Assembly: GCA_963977015.1 (NCBI GenBank)
Contig: CAXBMO010000017.1
Location: 80,719 to 144,718 of the forward strand
From: an uncultured bacterium
GTDB taxonomy: Bacteria; Verrucomicrobiota; Verrucomicrobiia; Verrucomicrobiales; DEV007
Direction of reading: 5' to 3'
Length of the DNA stretch: 64,000 bases
Shown: in pieces, positions 63,401-64,000 of the stretch
How the letters are laid out: each line of letters opens with the position of its first letter
Position numbering within the stretch: the first letter of the stretch is position 1
Notes under the pieces: model-generated
Seen by the model: the letters and a program-made list of their open reading frames with translations, nothing else
Databases searched by the model: none
What the model was told of the DNA's origin: nothing
Program-made: the position numbers and the translations under genes

Positions 63401-64000
63401 AAATCCTGGTGGATGGAACGGATCCCAACTTTGGTTTCTCCAGCGAAATTGATGCCGATTCGTTTGGCTTGGGCGATGGGGGAAGCATCCTTTTGGAAGC
63501 GGACACCCTGACCATTACCAATGGGGGCAATGTCGGAACCAACGCCGAATCCAGTGGCAACGGAGGCGACGTCCGCGTCACGGCACGGGACATTTTCATT
63601 GATGGCGCCGGGCAGGGAACTTTCGGCATCACGGCAGAAAGCTCAGGCGCGGGTGACGCCGGTTCCATCAACCTCAACGTTACCGGAAAAAACACCCTCC
63701 GGATGCAGAACGGAGCCATTGTCAGCACCAAGGCATCCGGTCAAGGCAACGCCGGCAGCATCGACATCGACTCCGCCGGCCTCATCATCCTCAACAGCGG
63801 CAGCTCCATCAACGTGGAGTCGCTGCTTACTAACGCGGGTAGCATCACCCTCGACGGCGGCAGCGACCTCATCCTCGACAGCAGCTCGATTACCGCACGC
63901 GCCGGTCAAAACGCCGGCAATATCGAAATTCGCGTGCCCGACACGATCCGGCTCGACAACAGCGCGATCATCGCCGAGGCCGGCAGCGATGGCGGCAACA
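60469..64000 (+). CDS. TpsA exoprotein 3 (3' end beyond window)
   Basis: Not in ORF track. ATG at 60469 gives MILEKFIPNNWHGSILLAGALFGLVTASVTA|QNQNIKFDGSLG..NLFHSFEAF..RVTGG..NPNG. The last 256 bp match the TpsA1 C-proximal region in frame. Confidence 0.9.
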   Translation, partial: MILEKFIPNNWHGSILLAGALFGLVTASVTAQNQNIKFDGSLGTAGSNGKNAALLNGPNYAIQIEDGQLESSNLFHSFEAFALTMGETATFESTGITNILTRVTGGAASSIDGGITANANLFFMNPNGVMFGPNSSLNVSGAFTVTTADRINLDPAAGGGVFAVSKAGDATLSSAPIASFGFLTAPSGVRGAVSLEGANLSSSSFHVISGDVTLQDDAQISSVDGPASIISVGPGAGTVDLSQIGSATGPTFEGVDALAAKFGSLGNITVTSDSSIESTNVFAPGAPQKIVIRSGQLQVLNGGSLFALGVDSIPEEGSIDVGTQSLVNVDSMGGGFTNLAANGDLKIKTSSLRVANGGSVATNAFRISLAGITTLTEGGNISIQADDIDVSGGFVEAVTRFSTDAGSISIQSDNLTVQNDGIIRTSTSDEGNAGSIAINAGNVHLAANGHIRSDSDDSGSGGLISIAASNLALRESAIAANSTGSGDGGTIQIKAGAIDLKDSTINSNAANLGLGGTVTVEAKDLQMTDSFIAAFTFGQKDAGNVAVKADNLQISGGEITTSTINSGDAGSIVIEAENLNVTNSGLILSSTGGAGDAGSIRIDAGSMIVSGSGSVSSATYAGGNAGSVTVTADSLDLRDQGAISTSTGGTGNAGRIVVDADVLRVRKGGFIASDTQFFDPVIGTQVGTGSAGSVQIQADSAIIQGQVSTSTSGPGNAGLVDFEAVNLTVDAGIIASITAGTGNGGTISITTDSLNAINGGVVNADTFFSGQGGDINVVANQIKVDGANKALGITSGIEASAFGRGDAGTITVDTGVLEVTNGAFLRVETLGEGRAGDINIDATRIRVDGVNLDLGVATNGPANDAPSVISVQTFGKGEGGSIRIKTRDLEVTNGSVITATTFTEADGGDITINAKSVKVEGVDKVFQDVSAIGAGSITTGAAGQILIATDTLEVLKGGVVRASSVDGPAGSINVRADEILVDGTDPNFGFSSEIDADSFGLGDGGSILLEADTLTITNGGNVGTNAESSGNGGDVRVTARDIFIDGAGQGTFGITAESSGAGDAGSINLNVTGKNTLRMQNGAIVSTKASGQGNAGSIDIDSAGLIILNSGSSINVESLLTNAGSITLDGGSDLILDSSSITARAGQNAGNIEIRVPDTIRLDNSAIIAEAGSDGGN

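Noticed and set aside
48581-64000. Contact-dependent inhibition (CdiA/CdiI) locus
   Set aside because: No VENN/ELYN pre-toxin motif seen, C-termini are conserved rather than variable, and intergenic gaps under 100 bp leave no room for immunity genes.

Overview
Gene-dense bacterial chromosomal window, probably Verrucomicrobiota. This is inferred from the planctomycete-type cytochrome c/WD40 protein, the L33/S18 sequences and the PVC-style ExbB/ExbD module; no database search was possible. In order: partial hisB; a C-terminally anchored exported protein; tsaB; an AT-rich orphan HEPN (AbiU2-like) gene next to a degenerate REP-like hairpin cluster; a sugar cluster (GH13_18 phosphorylase, Zn-dehydrogenase, HPS-family enzyme, lactonase); a three-gene MotA/ExbB plus two ExbD-like motor module; DinB; cytochrome c-WD40-coiled-coil; Lhr helicase; WcaJ-type sugar transferase; a type II secretion operon (gspE F G H I J K L M C-like D); folE2, rpsR, rpmG and a dksA-like gene; an SLC13 permease; a BI-1/YccA protein; a Gly-zipper lipoprotein; and a large NAD-glutamate dehydrogenase. 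The last ~22 kb is the best candidate for an undescribed system: a TpsB transporter with extra POTRA domains, an exported TPR-CHAT caspase-like protease, a DUF928 protein, and at least three TpsA beta-helix exoproteins with conserved N- and C-termini and variable middles. The second candidate is the ExbB motor with two dissimilar partners, only one of which carries the conserved Asp. The ORF track misses hisB, rpmG and the third TpsA, and it truncates gspD, whose N-terminus has no in-frame canonical start codon. No rRNA, tRNA, CRISPR array or transposase was recognised.
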